DNA of 64,000 bases, taken from positions 71,604,080 through 71,668,079 of the forward strand of contig NC_057711.1 of assembly GCF_004010195.1 (NCBI RefSeq), given 5' to 3'. Positions 24,276 through 37,130 of the stretch are shown one piece after another. Source of the DNA: Chiloscyllium plagiosum (taxonomy: Eukaryota). Within the stretch, counting starts at the first letter, position 1. Every line of letters begins with the position of its first letter. A program made the position numbers and the translations under genes. Below the pieces are notes generated by a model. The model did no database searches. It was not told the origin of the DNA and saw only the letters and a program-made list of their open reading frames with translations.

Positions 24276-26730
24276 TTCAATGTGTTAACATTAAAGGGAA
24301 ACAAAATTTGTCAGTCATCTGCCCATTTTTCCCTCTTACACGTTATCCATTCTGATAATTGCATGTTGGGAGTATTCTCAGTATTTATTCATTCCAAGCT
24401 TCTGTTGAACCCTTGGGAGCTTTCTGTGTGTTGCAGTCAAATGCTTTCTGGTTATTACAGTCATTAAGTTCTTCTCAGCAATCATTCCCAGCAATCAGCT
24501 GAAACCCCAAGTCTTTCAGGGAGGTTGAGGTCTGGAAATAAATTATTAATGAATGTATTCAAAGGAACAAAAAGCAACTTCAATAAGTCACTTTAAATAA
24601 GTTTTCATTAATTCTTTACTGTGTTACAAATTTCAACTTTAACTAAGTTGCTAAGAAAACAAAGATGACCTTCAAAAGGAATCTTGACTAAGTTGAACTC
24701 AAGAAGTCTCCTTTTTTACCTTCTGGAATTTATGTTGTGTAACCAGAAACAAAAAGCATTAAAAATTGCAAAAATATGAAGTCTGTTTGGCCTGAGGTCA
24801 CATATTTCATCAGCTAGATAACACTTGGTTAAAAAAAAATCAATACTCAATCTACACATATCCTACTGAATATGTTCAATTCATGTATATAACTGCCAAT
24901 AGATTCAGACGTACCTTTATTCCAATTTGAATAATGCTCTATTCAATTTACTGTCAGTTGAAGTTGGAAAGCTAAAGTTTAATTCAAACAGCCATCTATT
25001 ATGATTTCCACCTTACTCTGTATTTGGGTTAATCATTCTCATAATATCACTGTCAGCAGTTACACAACTTTGGCCTCTGACCAGGTTTCTGAATTCTTCA
25101 CAGTTGAACCATCAAGATCCAACAGCCAACAACAACCAAGTTCCATCCAGTTTCTTCAATCTGTGGAAAGAAAAAAAATATTTTATACTGGTTAATGTCT
25201 CATTTGAATAAATAATACTTTTAAATTAGGAATCATTAAGTATTTACCTCATATATTAATGGGGAAAATTAATTGAATAATCAGTCAAAAGTTGTGTTAT
25301 TATTTCGCTCACCCTTCATAGAAACTTGGGGTCCTCATCATCCTCATCATCACAGCATCTCAATGACCCATGATGATCCCAGGGTTTTGGATCACTGTTT
25401 TAAAATATTCCAGTTATTAAACTCTCTCTGAGAAAGGTGTGTACCCTGATACTGGCCCTTAATTTGTTGTACTATTTTCTGCACTTGCTCCCTTATTCTG
25501 CAATTGTGGTCTAACATGAAATAGTCTTGAAGCTTAGCACTTTCCATTCTGTTAAATGGGATTTCTAACTAGGGTCAAACAATGGTGTATCCCTGGCCAG
25601 GAAGGTAGTGGTGGGTTATAATTTTGTGAGGTGTTGCAATCAGGTAAGGAGGAGTAAAATGGTTCCCCTTTTATCTTCTGATCATTTGACAGCAATAAAA
25701 CTTCTTTGTGAAAAATACACTCGCCAGTTCATTGAATGCTTAACTGTTAAAGTTCAGTGACTCTAAAAGACATGCAGACAGATTTTCTTTATGTTTTTTT
25801 AAAAGTCTCACACACGGAGTTTATAATCTTATTTTTAATTCCTGTAATCAAAATGTTGGTATATGAAAGGTGTATTCTTTGTTATTTTCAGAGTGAGAAT
25901 CTGCATTAGTTTTCTGAGTTTTATAAAGAGTTAATTATTAACACACAATTGTCCCAGGTTTTTGAAAGTACAATGTCTCATTCACTTATCTTACAGAAAG
26001 ATTAGATGTAAATGTAGATAAAACAATACAGTTCCAACTTATATCAGTCTCTTTTCATGGCAGGCCATAGATGAAAGTGATGCTTTAAGAATTGAAGTGA
26101 AAGGCTAGGCCAAAGTGTAGAATTCTCAGTAATCTATGAATTTTCTTGTAGCCAAATTTCCAGGAGTTTGGTTCTCAGATGAACAGGTTCAGGGAGTTCT
26201 TCTCTGACTCTAGCAATGCTGCTGACTCTGACCTTGACTGCTTAGATGACTTGAAGCTGTTTCAATAGCTTTTGTGGAAATCCTTGTGCAAACAGATTTT
26301 GCTGTTTTGAAAGGAGACAGACAGTTTGGCTGACTCATCTTTTACAAATCCAAAGGTCTTTTCTGAGTAAATTGGGTGATTAGGTCAATTACACATCCTG
26401 CATTATGAATTTCACACCTTCAGTGTTTCAGGCAGCCAGTGTTTTTGTATTTGATAGAACCATTCAATTTGATAATACCCTTTTGAATTTTGGGAAATGC
26501 TATTGATACATCATCAATGGGGTGTTCTTTTTGTTCCTTCTCAACACAGGTCAGTAATTTCTAACCACAAAGCAAGTCAAGTGACCCTCAGGTGACCATC
26601 TTCTGTTCCCTTATATTCAGTTTTGAAAATATATAAAATATGGACTGAAAGCTCAGAACATATTTGAACATGACAAAGGCAAGTAATATTTGTTGTATTT
26701 AACACCCTATCTAAATAAAAATCTTAAAAA

Positions 26731-26887
26731 TGGAGAAAGTGAGGACTGCAGATGCTGGAGATCAGAGTCGAGAGTGTAGCGCTGGAAAAGCACAGCTTAT
26801 GCCCGAAGGGCTTATGCCCGAATTGTCAATTCTCCTGCTGCTCGGACGCTGCCTGACCTGCAGTGCTTTTCCAGCACCACATTCTCA
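26731..26887. mobile_element. Penelope-derived fold-back short element with an internal deletion
   Basis: Begins GAGAAAGTGAGGACTGCAGATGCTGGAG. GCTTATGCCCGAA is duplicated at the axis. No clear TSD. Confidence 0.8.
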
Positions 26888-27825
26888 TACGCACAGGCAT
26901 TCAATGATTCACACACATGCACATGCCACATGCATGTAAATTATAAATTGGTAGGATAGATTAAGTAGTCAGTTATATTCAGGTTTGGTAGATTGATGTT
27001 TTGGACAGTTTTAGACTGGCCTCTTTCTGGATTCTGCATTGATGATTTTTTTTCTCCTGGAGTCAGCAGCTGCTAAATTTTGAACACTGCCTGTAGCACG
27101 TGGATAGTCAAATAACAGGTAGGGCTCAGGTTTGCAGGCTGAATGGAGAGACAGTAAAATAGTGCAAGTCCAATCGGAGACCTTCTTACTTGTCATCTCT
27201 TCTTCTAGTCTGGGAATAAGCAGTGTCCGAAAACAAAAAGATAGCTACTTGGTTCATCACATGATTCCCCCTCACCAATTGATCAGTTAGCCAAATATGA
27301 TCATATCAAATAGATTCCAGGTCCATGATTTAGACATGATTACATAATGACCAGAAGAATTCCTTTCTCAGCCAATTGCTATTGTCCAAAAGTGATTACA
27401 TCTATTGGCTTGTTCCACACCCAATTGAACACATATGTTGTCTCGATTCTTGAGAATGGGTCAGGCAATGAGCCATTCCTCTGACATGATTATCTCTGAT
27501 GGGTTCTTTTAGACAACTTTTGGAATGGCTTTGGAATTTATAGGGTACAGTCATGTAATTAATTGACCATTTTAGAAGCTAATGATTTAAGTCACAGGAA
27601 TATACTTGTTTATTCTTTTAAAACTCAACCAAGGCCTTTAGCTCAATAAATAAATAAGATCATTTTTATTCCCAAATATATGATTGAGGTAACCCAATAT
27701 TGTTAGGTGTCTGATCTTTGCTCCATGCCATCCTCTTGAAGTCTATGGTCAACTTTGGAGCACATGTGGAGGTGCTTTCAGTCTATTCCACTAAACTTTC
27801 TAGGTGACCATCTAATAATTCTAGG

Positions 27826-28200
27826 AGAAAGTGAGGACTGCAGATGCTGGAGATCAGAGTCGAAGAGTGTGGTGCTAGAAAAGGTCAGGTATCATCCGAG
27901 GAGCAGGAGAATCGATGTTTCGAGCATAAGCTTTTCATCAGGAATGAGGGGGCTGAGAGATAAATGGGATGGCGGTGGGCTGGGGTGAAGGTAGCTAAGA
28001 ATGTGATAGGTAGATGAAATTAGGGATGAAGCTGATAGGTCGGCGAGGTGGGTGGAGCAAATAGGTGGGAAGGAAGATGGACAGGTAGGCCAGGTCAAGA
28101 GATCAGTGTCAGCTTGGAAAGCTGGATTTGGGATAAAGTGGGGGAGGGAAAATGAGGAAACCGTTGAAATCCACATTGATCCTGTGCGGTTGGTGGGTTC
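27826..28200 (-). mobile_element. Penelope-like element 3' fragment with hammerhead motif (about 27911-27944, minus strand)
   Basis: Same tail as the fold-back family, continuing into the PLE 3' region. Minus strand reads CTGATGA-aAAGC ttat GCTC-GAAA-CA-TC. Confidence 0.8.
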
Positions 28201-29959
28201 AACTTATACTTACTGCGCTTATGTATACGTTCGATTCTACACTAAACTAATACTGCTGTAATAGTGAAGAGAAGAACAGTATTCTCAGCAGCAATGGTTA
28301 TTATTTAAGAGATGTGTTGCAACCACTGCAAACATTTGTCAAAACATACATCTTTAACTGAGTTCAGGCCTCATGCAAGGCAGGCAGTTTTAATGTCATG
28401 ATCCAGAATAGTTCATTGTGGCTCTATCAAGAAATTTAGGAGATGGTCAGTGGCAAGTGAAAAAGCCCAAACTACTTAAGGTATGTGGAATCGGTATGCT
28501 AGTATTTTGTATACCTTGCAAAAGTCGACTCTCTCCTTTCAAGGCTGAAGAGTTCACATTTTTGCGATTTTTCAGTGTGACTTTGTTCTCTCTACACCTT
28601 GTTTACTTTCTTTTAGTTTGATCAACTGAATGATATATTCAAGGTGTGGCTGGACCAACAAGCTATACACGTTCAACATGCCACCTTCAAATTTGATTGG
28701 CAATTCGCTTTCCTTTCTTGGCAACTTGTTTGATTACTTTGATTACATCAAGGAAGATTTTATTTTGTCAAAATGTTCATATTTTAAAGTACAGTAACCT
28801 ACTTGGAATAAAGCAGGAAACTGGATTTAATGTTATTGCTGAATCATACCTGTTCTTGAAAATTCTTTACTTTATCCTCTGACATATGCTATAATTACTA
28901 TATCCCTTGGCTGCAATTCTTCTGTATTGATTTAACACAGTTTTATGCTCATTCCTTTAAATAATTTATTAAACCTAAAACACATCCTGATTTATCACTG
29001 TACTTTTAAAAGAAAGCAAAGGCATCTTTTTATCTCTAGTTCTGTGGAGATTGTTTTTTTTAATTTTCTGTACACTTTATTAGCTTGCATTAAGTGTGCC
29101 AGGATGCTAAGATTACCGCTAAAGATTCTGGATATTTATTAATTGAGGGACAAAACTTTGAGTCACCCTCTTCCATTCTCCAAAGGCAACAGTTGTGTGG
29201 GAATATTTCATATGGTAAGGACATTTGGACAGACATTAGGACCATGAATTGCACAACTGACTCAAATCTGAGAAGATGGAGTAACTAAAGGAATATCGAG
29301 TACCCTGCTGTGTGAGGGAAGAAGAGACATTCACGGTCATCAGTGGACTAGACAGTGAGTTCTATAGTCAAGGCCATTTCTTAATCATTGGGATTTAGTT
29401 TATCTTAGCTCGCTGAGGAAACATGCATTTGTGCGCTGCACAGAATTCAATCACCAGATATAAATCAAAGCACAGATGGTGCCGACCTGTAAAAGTAAAT
29501 AACACTTTGAATATCTCATTAAATACACAAAGAATCAAATTGTTACAACTGCTTGGATTGAAATGCAATCATGTACCAATGTCCTTGCTAATCTGATATA
29601 GTCATGTGACCTCCGCCATGAGGCCCACACAATGTACACAGGCATCTTAAGTTTGATTCAATAAAAACCTTGGGTTAAATCTTATTGTAATTTGGAAAAG
29701 TGTATTTTTTTGTCAAGTTTCTTGGAAAGCTTCCTTCCACAAGGGCCTAGGTGACCCAAACTCACTTCAACAACTATATACCACACCACTTTGAAATCTG
29801 TCTTGTCTGGTGCTAGCCCAATTTTACCACTCCCCGCAGCCAGGCTACTGAGCATTTCAGGATGTCTCATGCCAATGCCTTTTTTAAAATGCAGTTGTGT
29901 ACCTATTCAAGTGGTGGCAGTCCATCACTGCCCTGCATTTTTACAAAGACTCACCCCAG

Positions 29960-30060
29960 GCATGCCAAAGAGAGAAAATGTGTACTCCATGTTTTGCACA
30001 GAGACCTGGTGGACAGCTTGGTACCGAGGAGAGTCAACCCCTTCCCTGTCTGTCTGATCT
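29960..30060 (+). pseudogene. Second Harbinger Myb/SANT N-terminal remnant
   Basis: AKERKCVLHVLHRDLVDSLVPRRVNPFP is similar to exon 1 at 9086 (DRDVEVVV..VVQLRVFLF). Confidence 0.4.
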
Positions 30061-30317
30061 TCAATATAGATAAGTAGTTATGTAATGGTGTTGGCTTTTA
30101 TGGTCTCACATCACTCTAACTCACTCTGACTTCAATGCTTGGCATTCTCAGTATCTAGTTTCTATCTGGTGGGTGATGTAACAGGAGAGTGCATTTTAAT
30201 GAGGAAATATTATGATAATGAGGGAGCTAATGAGCAATAATCCCCCTGAAATGGGGTGGGGATGTCAACTGTTGCCAAGTCGCCCCATCAGATGCTTCAT
30301 CCCTGACAATAACTGCA

Positions 30318-30900
30318 TTGAGCATAGATGTTGGGGCTGTACAGGACATTCATGAGGCCACTTTTAGAATACTGAATTCATTTCTGTTCTCCATGCTAAA
30401 GGAAAGATATTGGTAAACATGAAAGGGCTCGGGAAAGATTTACAAGCGTGTTGCTGGTGTTGGAGGGATTGAGCTATAGGGAGAGACTGAATAAGCTGGG
30501 GCATTTATTCCCTTAAGCATCGAATGCTGAGGGGCGGTCTCATAAAGGTTTATAAATCATGAGGGGCACGGACAAGGTGAATAGCCAAGGTCTTTTTCTC
30601 AGGGCAGGGAAGTCCAAAACTAGAGATTTAAGGTGAATGGGGAAAGATTTAAAAGGGACCTGAAGGGCAACTTCTTCACGCAGAGGATGATGCACATGTG
30701 GAACAAACTGCCAGAGGAAGTGGTGGAGACTGGTGCAATTACGACATTTAAAAGGCATCTTGATGGGTATATGAATAGGAAGGGTTTAGTGGGATTTGGG
30801 CCAACTGCTGGCAAATGGGACTAGATCAGCTGATGATATCTGGTCAGCATGGATGAGTTGGACTGAAAGGCCTGATTCCACACTGTATAACACTAAGAAT
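30318..30900 (+). mobile_element. HER1-type CR1 3' fragment
   Basis: Peptide GERFKRDLKGNFFTQRMMHMWNKLPEEVVE followed by 3' UTR. Confidence 0.9.
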
Positions 30901-31721
30901 ATGATAATGACTAACTGATATCCCCAACCCCAATGGAAGCTCACAAGCAATCATGACAGGAATTACTTTTCTGAAATGTGAGTAGCGACTGCCCAGTCTA
31001 CTGCTTGCTGAATGCCAGCAATGGCAGGATAAAGCCCATAACTGTGCATCATTTCCCAAATTAAAAGTCTCAATTGGCAAGAGGTCAGGAAGACCAACTA
31101 TTAACATTTCTGCACTGGATTTGATCAGGTCAGAGGTGAAAAGGCTGCAATGACCAGCTACCATACCCTCCAGCCCAATTTAATTCCCTTCAAACTGCCT
31201 CAATGGAAGGTATTAAAATTCTATGCCTGATGTCCTCAGTACTTCCAGCACTTTTGGTTTTAATTTCAAAATTAAGCAACAATTGTATCATGCCACTGAA
31301 TTGATTCCATCCAATTCTGGCTAAGTGTTTCAGACTTTATTCTTAAATTTTTATTAATGGGAATTTTTGCATTGTCATTTCACTTTTTTTTATAATGCAT
31401 CAGTAGAATTTGCAGCTGTGATCCCAAGAAAGTCAAATTTGGCTTTTTGAAATGTTTGTTCAGAAATACCTATTTCCAATTATTCAGGTTCTGATGCCTC
31501 CAATGTTTTCTCAAAAGAAACAATAGCAGCTTGCTGGCCTTCAGAGGCACGGGAATCTTTATATTTACATGATTCCAATTTTGATGTTTTGCAATTATGT
31601 TATACCGATGGGTTAGAACTCTGAAGTAATGCGGATATTTTTAACTTGTGACTCCAAACGTGTAGTTTTGAAAGGGGGATGGTAAAACTGAAAAAGTCTG
31701 TGAATGTAAATTTGTGTCTAA

Positions 31722-31760
31722 AGAGAGAGAGAGAGAATGAGAGAGAAGAAGAGGGAGAGA
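31722..31760. repeat. (GA)n-rich microsatellite
   Basis: Read directly. Confidence 0.85.
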
Positions 31761-31789
31761 CTCACAGAATGTCACGCCTACAGATGCCA

Positions 31790-31975
31790 AGGGATCAGAT
31801 GGGCAAATGGGCCAAGTAGTGGCAGATGGAGTTTAATTTAGATAAATGCAAGGTGCTGCATTTTGGAAAAGGCAACTCAGATGGTAAGGTCCTGGGGAGT
31901 GTTGTTGAACAAAGAGATCTTGGAGTGCAGGTTCATAGTTCCTTTAAAGTAGAGTTGCAAGTATACAAAATAGTG
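31790..31975 (+). mobile_element. CR1 RT fragment
   Basis: Peptide MEFNLDKCKVLHFGK...VEQRDLGVQVH. Confidence 0.85.
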
Positions 31976-32544
31976 TCTACCCCTTTCAAAAATACTAAAG
32001 AACAGGAATTGAAAACAAATTTAATCCTGGTTCATGTGTTGTGGTATTGGAAGATATGCTAGTGAGTTGAGGTGCTTATATGTATATAAGTGGACTGAGC
32101 ATGCATGTGTATTTGCCTGGGTTCAAGGTAACGTGCTATGGAGATCACAGTTGAATAAACACGTATTAATTACCCCTGAATTGCATGTGAAGGATTTTTT
32201 TTCTCTCTGAGTGCTAGAAGGAAGCTAAAAGGAAGATCGTCTCTCACTGTAAGTGCTGACCACAAGTTGCTGAGATCCTGGTTGAGTATGAATGAACTAT
32301 CTCCTCTTAAAACCAAAATTAAAGCCAAATCTGCAAGATTGCTTGCTTGTGTTTCAATGAGAAACTACAATCAATAAAGCCCCCAAAACAAATGTGTGTC
32401 TCACTTAGGTTGTTGTGTTTATTTTTCCCCATCAAGTTTACAGTCTAAGAGATAACTCCCTGAAAGTTACAGCCCAGCATTTCTTCCTTTGAATTCCATC
32501 CTTTTAAGCCTTCCTTGAAACATCATCAAACGTGACATTCCAGA

Positions 32545-32595
32545 GTCTCTGACTCTGACTCTCTCTCTGTCTCTCTCTCTCTGTCTCTCTCTCTC

Positions 32596-32626
<31 letters not shown>

Positions 32627-32638
32627 CTCTCTCTCTCC
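32545..32638. repeat. (CT)n/(CTGT)n compound microsatellite
   Basis: Read directly. Confidence 0.95.
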
Positions 32639-32814
32639 TGAAATCATCCATTGTCAGACACTTGAAGTATTTGGCAGCTATCAATGCACAACTGACCACT
32701 GAAATGCATCAAATTTACAGACATCCCCACAATAACACATAAGACGGAGTAAATACAATGGAAGTAACAAGAAACTATTGTAGAAATATCTGAAGCAGAG
32801 AATTTATCTCCACT

Positions 32815-33520
32815 TAGAGTCATTGAGTTATAGAGATGTACAGCATGGAAACAGAACCTTCAGTCCAACTCATCCATGCCGACCAGATATCCCAACCTAA
32901 TCCAGTCCCATTTGCCAACATTTGGCCAATATCTCTCTGAACTCTTTCTATTCATATACCCATCTAAATGCCTTTTAAATGTTGTAATTGTACCAGCCTC
33001 CATCACTTCCTCTGGCAGCTCATTTCATACACACACCACTCTCTGCATGAAAACGTTGCCCCTTAGGTCTCTTTTATATCTTTTCCCCTCTCACCCTAAA
33101 CCTACACCCTATAGTTCCGGACTCCCTCACCCCAGGGAAAAGATTTTGCCTATTTATCCTATCCATGCCCCTCATGATTTTATAAACCTCTATAAGGTTA
33201 CCCCTCAGCCTCCCAAGCCGTAGGGAAAACAGCCCTAGCCTATCCAACCCTGGCAACATCCTTGTAAATCTTTTCTGAACCCTTTCAACTTTCACAACAT
33301 CCTTCCTATAGGAGGGAGACCAGAATTGCACACAATATTCCAACAGTGGCCTAACCATGGTCCTGTACAGCTGCATCATGACCTCCCAACTCCTATACTT
33401 GATGCTCGGACCAATAAAGGAAAGCATATCAGTGCCTTCTTCACTATCCTAACTATCTGGGACTCCACTTTCAAGGAGCAATGAACCTGCACTCCAAGGT
33501 CACTTTGTCCAGCAACAATC
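32815..33520 (-). mobile_element. HER1-type CR1 3' fragment
   Basis: ORF 33074-33427 gives LYRTMVRPLLEYCVQFWSPSYRKDVVKVERVQKRFTRM. Confidence 0.92.
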
Positions 33521-33524
33521 CATT

Positions 33525-34325
33525 AAAGGCAAGGTTTGGTCAAGGATAGTCAGCCTGGTTTTCACTGCCGGAGGTCATTCCTAACAAAGTTGGAATTTTC
33601 CAAGGGGTGACCAGGTGACGAGATGAGGGTAGTACAGTTGATATATTTGTATGGATTTTAACAAAGCCCTTGACATGGTCCCATACAGGAGGTTGATAAA
33701 AAACACAAAGCATGAGGAACTTGAGAATTATTTTCCAAAATTGACTTAGAGAGAGGGTAGATTATGTTTGAGCTGTCCAAACATTTGGTTGGGTATCATA
33801 TGCAGTTCTGCTCAGCACACCATAAGAAGGATGTGATTGCACCAGAACATGTGCAAAGGAGATACACCAGAATCTAGTCTGGGATGGAGAACTTTAGTGA
33901 AGAAAAGAAGTCAGATAGACTTAGGTTGTTTTCTTTTATAGCAAAAAAGGCTGAAGGGGAGCCTTATTGAAGTATATAAGATTATAAGGGGCATGAACAG
34001 GGTGAATAGAAAGCAAGTTAGTTGAAGGGTCAATATTGAGGTGGCATAATTTTAAAATGAAAGGCAGATGGTTTTGAAGGGATTTGAGGAAAGCCTTTTT
34101 CACTCAAAGGGTGGAAGGGATCTGAAATGCATTACCTGGAAGCACAATAAAGGCAGGAAATCTCACAAACTTTAGAAAATATTTCAATGAGCAATTGAAA
34201 TGTCATAACATTAAAGACTATGGGCCAAGAACTGGAAAGTGGCATTATTGTGAATACGTTGGTGTAGACCTGAAGGGCCGAAGAGCCTCTTCTGTGTTGC
34301 ATGAGTCTATGATTTCATGATTTTA
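33525..34325 (+). mobile_element. Older CR1 subfamily fragment (related to 14250-14780)
   Basis: ATGGATTTTAACAAAGCCCTTGAC (MDF.KA.D) and a 3' UTR similar to 14520-14780. Confidence 0.75.
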
Positions 34326-35179
34326 GGATAAAGGGAGGCCACAAAGGAGATTCTGCAATTATACAACTCCGAAAGATTGAAGAAGGACTGTATCTAATCA
34401 CTGACACATTTACGGTGAAGTCCATCCACTCTCAAAACTCCTACAGACAGAAGCTCTTCGCATACAGGAACATATAAATCGTGTAAATGAACTGCTTCTT
34501 TTTTATATTTACATTGGTGTTCATTCAATGCTATTCATTTACTCCTTGTAGAAAGAGCTTGCATTAAAAAAAAGCACAGAGCTCTGATGGGTGGAGGGAC
34601 TTGACTAAACCTCTCAGCTCTGCCATCGAGGTCATTGTTTTGGGAAATGCGTGGATGGCATGCAAGCCAGAGATTTGTATAATTATAAGTACTTACCTCC
34701 TCTGTACAAACATGTTTTGGTCAGCCAGTGATTACATTGGAAAACAATTACTTCAGCACTTCTCATACTCTGCCATCATTACATCATTGTTAACAAGAAC
34801 AATGGAAAAGCACAATTTACAGGCGTTGGACATCTGAAATCAAAACAGAAGTGGAAGTGCTCATCAGGTTAGGCAACATTGGTGAAAAGAAACAATGTTA
34901 AAGGGTGGAATCCTCTGCTCTCAATAATAGCAAGAGAAGGTGTTTAATTAGCGAGAGCAATAGCAATGACATGCCTGATCGTTCCGTCTTCTCGCCTCTG
35001 CCAGAATTAAATTCTGAGCACCAAGACCCTGCTTGACCTAGCCACTCTGCCATCAATTGATGTCCTTTGGTGGTCCAATAATGAGAACTTGACAGTCTCA
35101 GCCCACGGTTGCCGGTATTAACCCAACTGCAGTCAGGCCTGTTTCCATGTGACATGCATGGTTGATAAATTGACGCAGC

Positions 35180-35386
35180 TGAAAATGTGTTGCTGGAAAA
35201 GCGCAGCAGGTCAGGCAGCATCCAAGGACCAGGAGAATCGACGTTTCGGGCATAAGCCGTTCCTGAAGAAGGGCTTATGCCCGAAACGTCGATTCTCCTG
35301 CTCCTCGGATGCTGCCTGACCTGCTGCGCTTTTCTAGCAACACATTTTCAGCTCTGATCTCCAGCATCTGCAGCCCTCACTTTCTC
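35180..35386. mobile_element. Young Penelope-derived fold-back element with a perfect 17-bp flanking direct repeat
   Basis: TGATAAATTGACGCAGC at 35163-79 and 35387-403. Inverted arms of about 80 bp with CpGs retained. Confidence 0.92.
35261..35292 (+). ncRNA. Minimal type I hammerhead ribozyme motif (PLE-type)
   Basis: tc-CTGAAGA-a-GGGC ttat GCCC-GAAA-CG-TC|ga: the conserved core CUGANGA/GAAA/UH, a 4-bp stem II, and a palindromic ACGT stem III. Confidence 0.75.
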
Positions 35387-35956
35387 TGATAAATTGACGC
35401 AGCCAGCTTGTAACCGCCAGTGGTGAATGGGACAGGTCACTTGATCAAAGCCGCTCAGTGCCAGACTGAGGGATTGGATATTATCAAGCCACAGTGCAAG
35501 ATGCCCTGTGAAATTTATCAGCAAATATCTTCTCTTCTGCCCTGTGCTGAAATCCGTCAAATCCCTCAATGCTGCAATACCACATTTATTATTGCCATTT
35601 TCACTGAAAGGTAAGCACATTTATGTATTTACTTTAATTGATGCTTGATCCCTTTTGATGCTGAAAGAGATTTTGAAAGCTTGGACAAGAGTGTCCTGTT
35701 ATTGTTAATGCATCAAATTACTACAGAGTAACACACTCTTTGTGATCATTTTTCACATGAAACATTTGGAGAATCATCTGCAGCACAACCTTGAATTTCA
35801 GCTGAGGTTCCCCACCAGATGTGTGAAGTTGAAAAATGACCTTTTTTGTGCATAAGTCATCTGTAAGTCAGAAAGGAAATCCCGTCCTCTATTCACTACA
35901 TTCTTCAGAAAGTTCTGTTATAAACAGATTCAGAGATAATGGACGTGCTGCACATA

Positions 35957-36268
35957 ATTGGCTCAGTGGTTAGCACTGCTGCCTCACAGTGCCAGGGACC
36001 CAGGTTCGATTCCAGCCTTGAGGGACTGTCTGTGTGGAGTTTGCACATTCTCCCGTGTCTGCGTAGGTTTCCTCCGGGTGCTCCGGTTTCCTCCCACAGT
36101 CCAAAGATGTGCAGGCCAGGTGAATTAGCCGAGTTAAATTGCCCATAGTGTTAGGTGCATTAGTCAGAGGGAAAGAGGTCTGGGTGGGTTGCTCTTCAGA
36201 GGGTCGGTGTGGACTTGTTGGGCCAAAGGGCCTGTTTCCACACTGTAGGGAATCTAATCTAATCTAAT
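35957..36268 (+). mobile_element. HE1/V-SINE
   Basis: A/B boxes, V-domain and (AATCT)n tail. Confidence 0.9.
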
Positions 36269-36289
36269 GTAAGAAAAATGTTTATGATT

Positions 36290-36640
36290 ATGAAAAAAAT
36301 AGGGCAGGGTTGATAGATCCACACTATTTCCAAAGTTGAAAAGTCATGAACAAGCCGTAAGTGCAAGATAAAAAAAGAAATACTCAGAACAAAGGACAGG
36401 AAAAGAATGTTCAGACAGAGATTTGGAAAGTTGTGGAATTAATGTTCAGAGGCAATGGTTGAGGCAGAAACTAAACGGATATTCAAAATTAATTTAGAAA
36501 TGTGCATGAAATAAAATGAGTTGAAGGGATATTGAAAAAAAGAGGTGGGTAAATATGATTACAACTATTGGCTTGTATGGAATGTAAATGGCAACATGGA
36601 CTGGTTGGACCTATTGGCTAATTTTCATTCTTTCATTTTT
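36290..36640 (+). mobile_element. Old CR1 3' fragment
   Basis: Degenerate TGTGGAAT..GTTGAGGCAG and GGACTGGTTGGACC 3' UTR motifs. Confidence 0.45.
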
Positions 36641-36814
36641 CTAAATGTCTGTGTCAATGGATTTTTCAAAATCTTAAATTAATTTTTGTAAATTATGTTA
36701 ATCTTGATGAGTAATAGTGCCACTTACTCGATATTACAGCTGGTAATATTGTCGTAGCAGTGATCTGCCTAAGGGTAGGTCCTCTGCATTTTTTTCCATG
36801 CATCACACTCTTGT

Positions 36815-37130
36815 GACGGTGCCTCAGTGGTTAGCACTGCTGTCTCACAGCACCAGGGACCTAGGTTTGATTCCAGCCTCAGGCAACTGCCTATGTGGAG
36901 TTTGCACATTCTCACCGTGTCTGTGTGTGTTTCCTCCCATACGCCAAAGCTTCATTAAGTGAATTGACAATGATACATTGCCCATAGTATTCAGGGATGT
37001 GTAGGCTAGGTGCATTAGTCAACAAAAATGTAGAGTAATGGGGGAATAGGTCTGTGTGAGATAGTCTTCAGAAGGTTGGTATGGACTTGTTGGGCCAAAT
37101 GGTCTGTTTCTGCACTGGGGATTCTATGAT
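36815..37130 (+). mobile_element. HE1/V-SINE
   Basis: A/B boxes, partly deleted V-domain, and tail. Confidence 0.88.

Noticed and set aside
25700..27700. Possible old LTR-like sequence (also about 60860-61700 and 32000-32800)
   Set aside because: Composition is suggestive, but I could not define TG...CA ends or TSDs; needs a repeat-library search.
29395..29486. Kinase-subdomain-like peptide DLYLVIEFCAA after a minus-strand acceptor
   Set aside because: In-frame stop shortly after, no good donor, and no other kinase exons in the window; likely chance.
35957..36020. tRNA genes (A/B boxes here and in the other SINE heads)
   Set aside because: They continue into the V-domain and LINE-derived tail; these are SINE heads, not cloverleaf tRNA genes.
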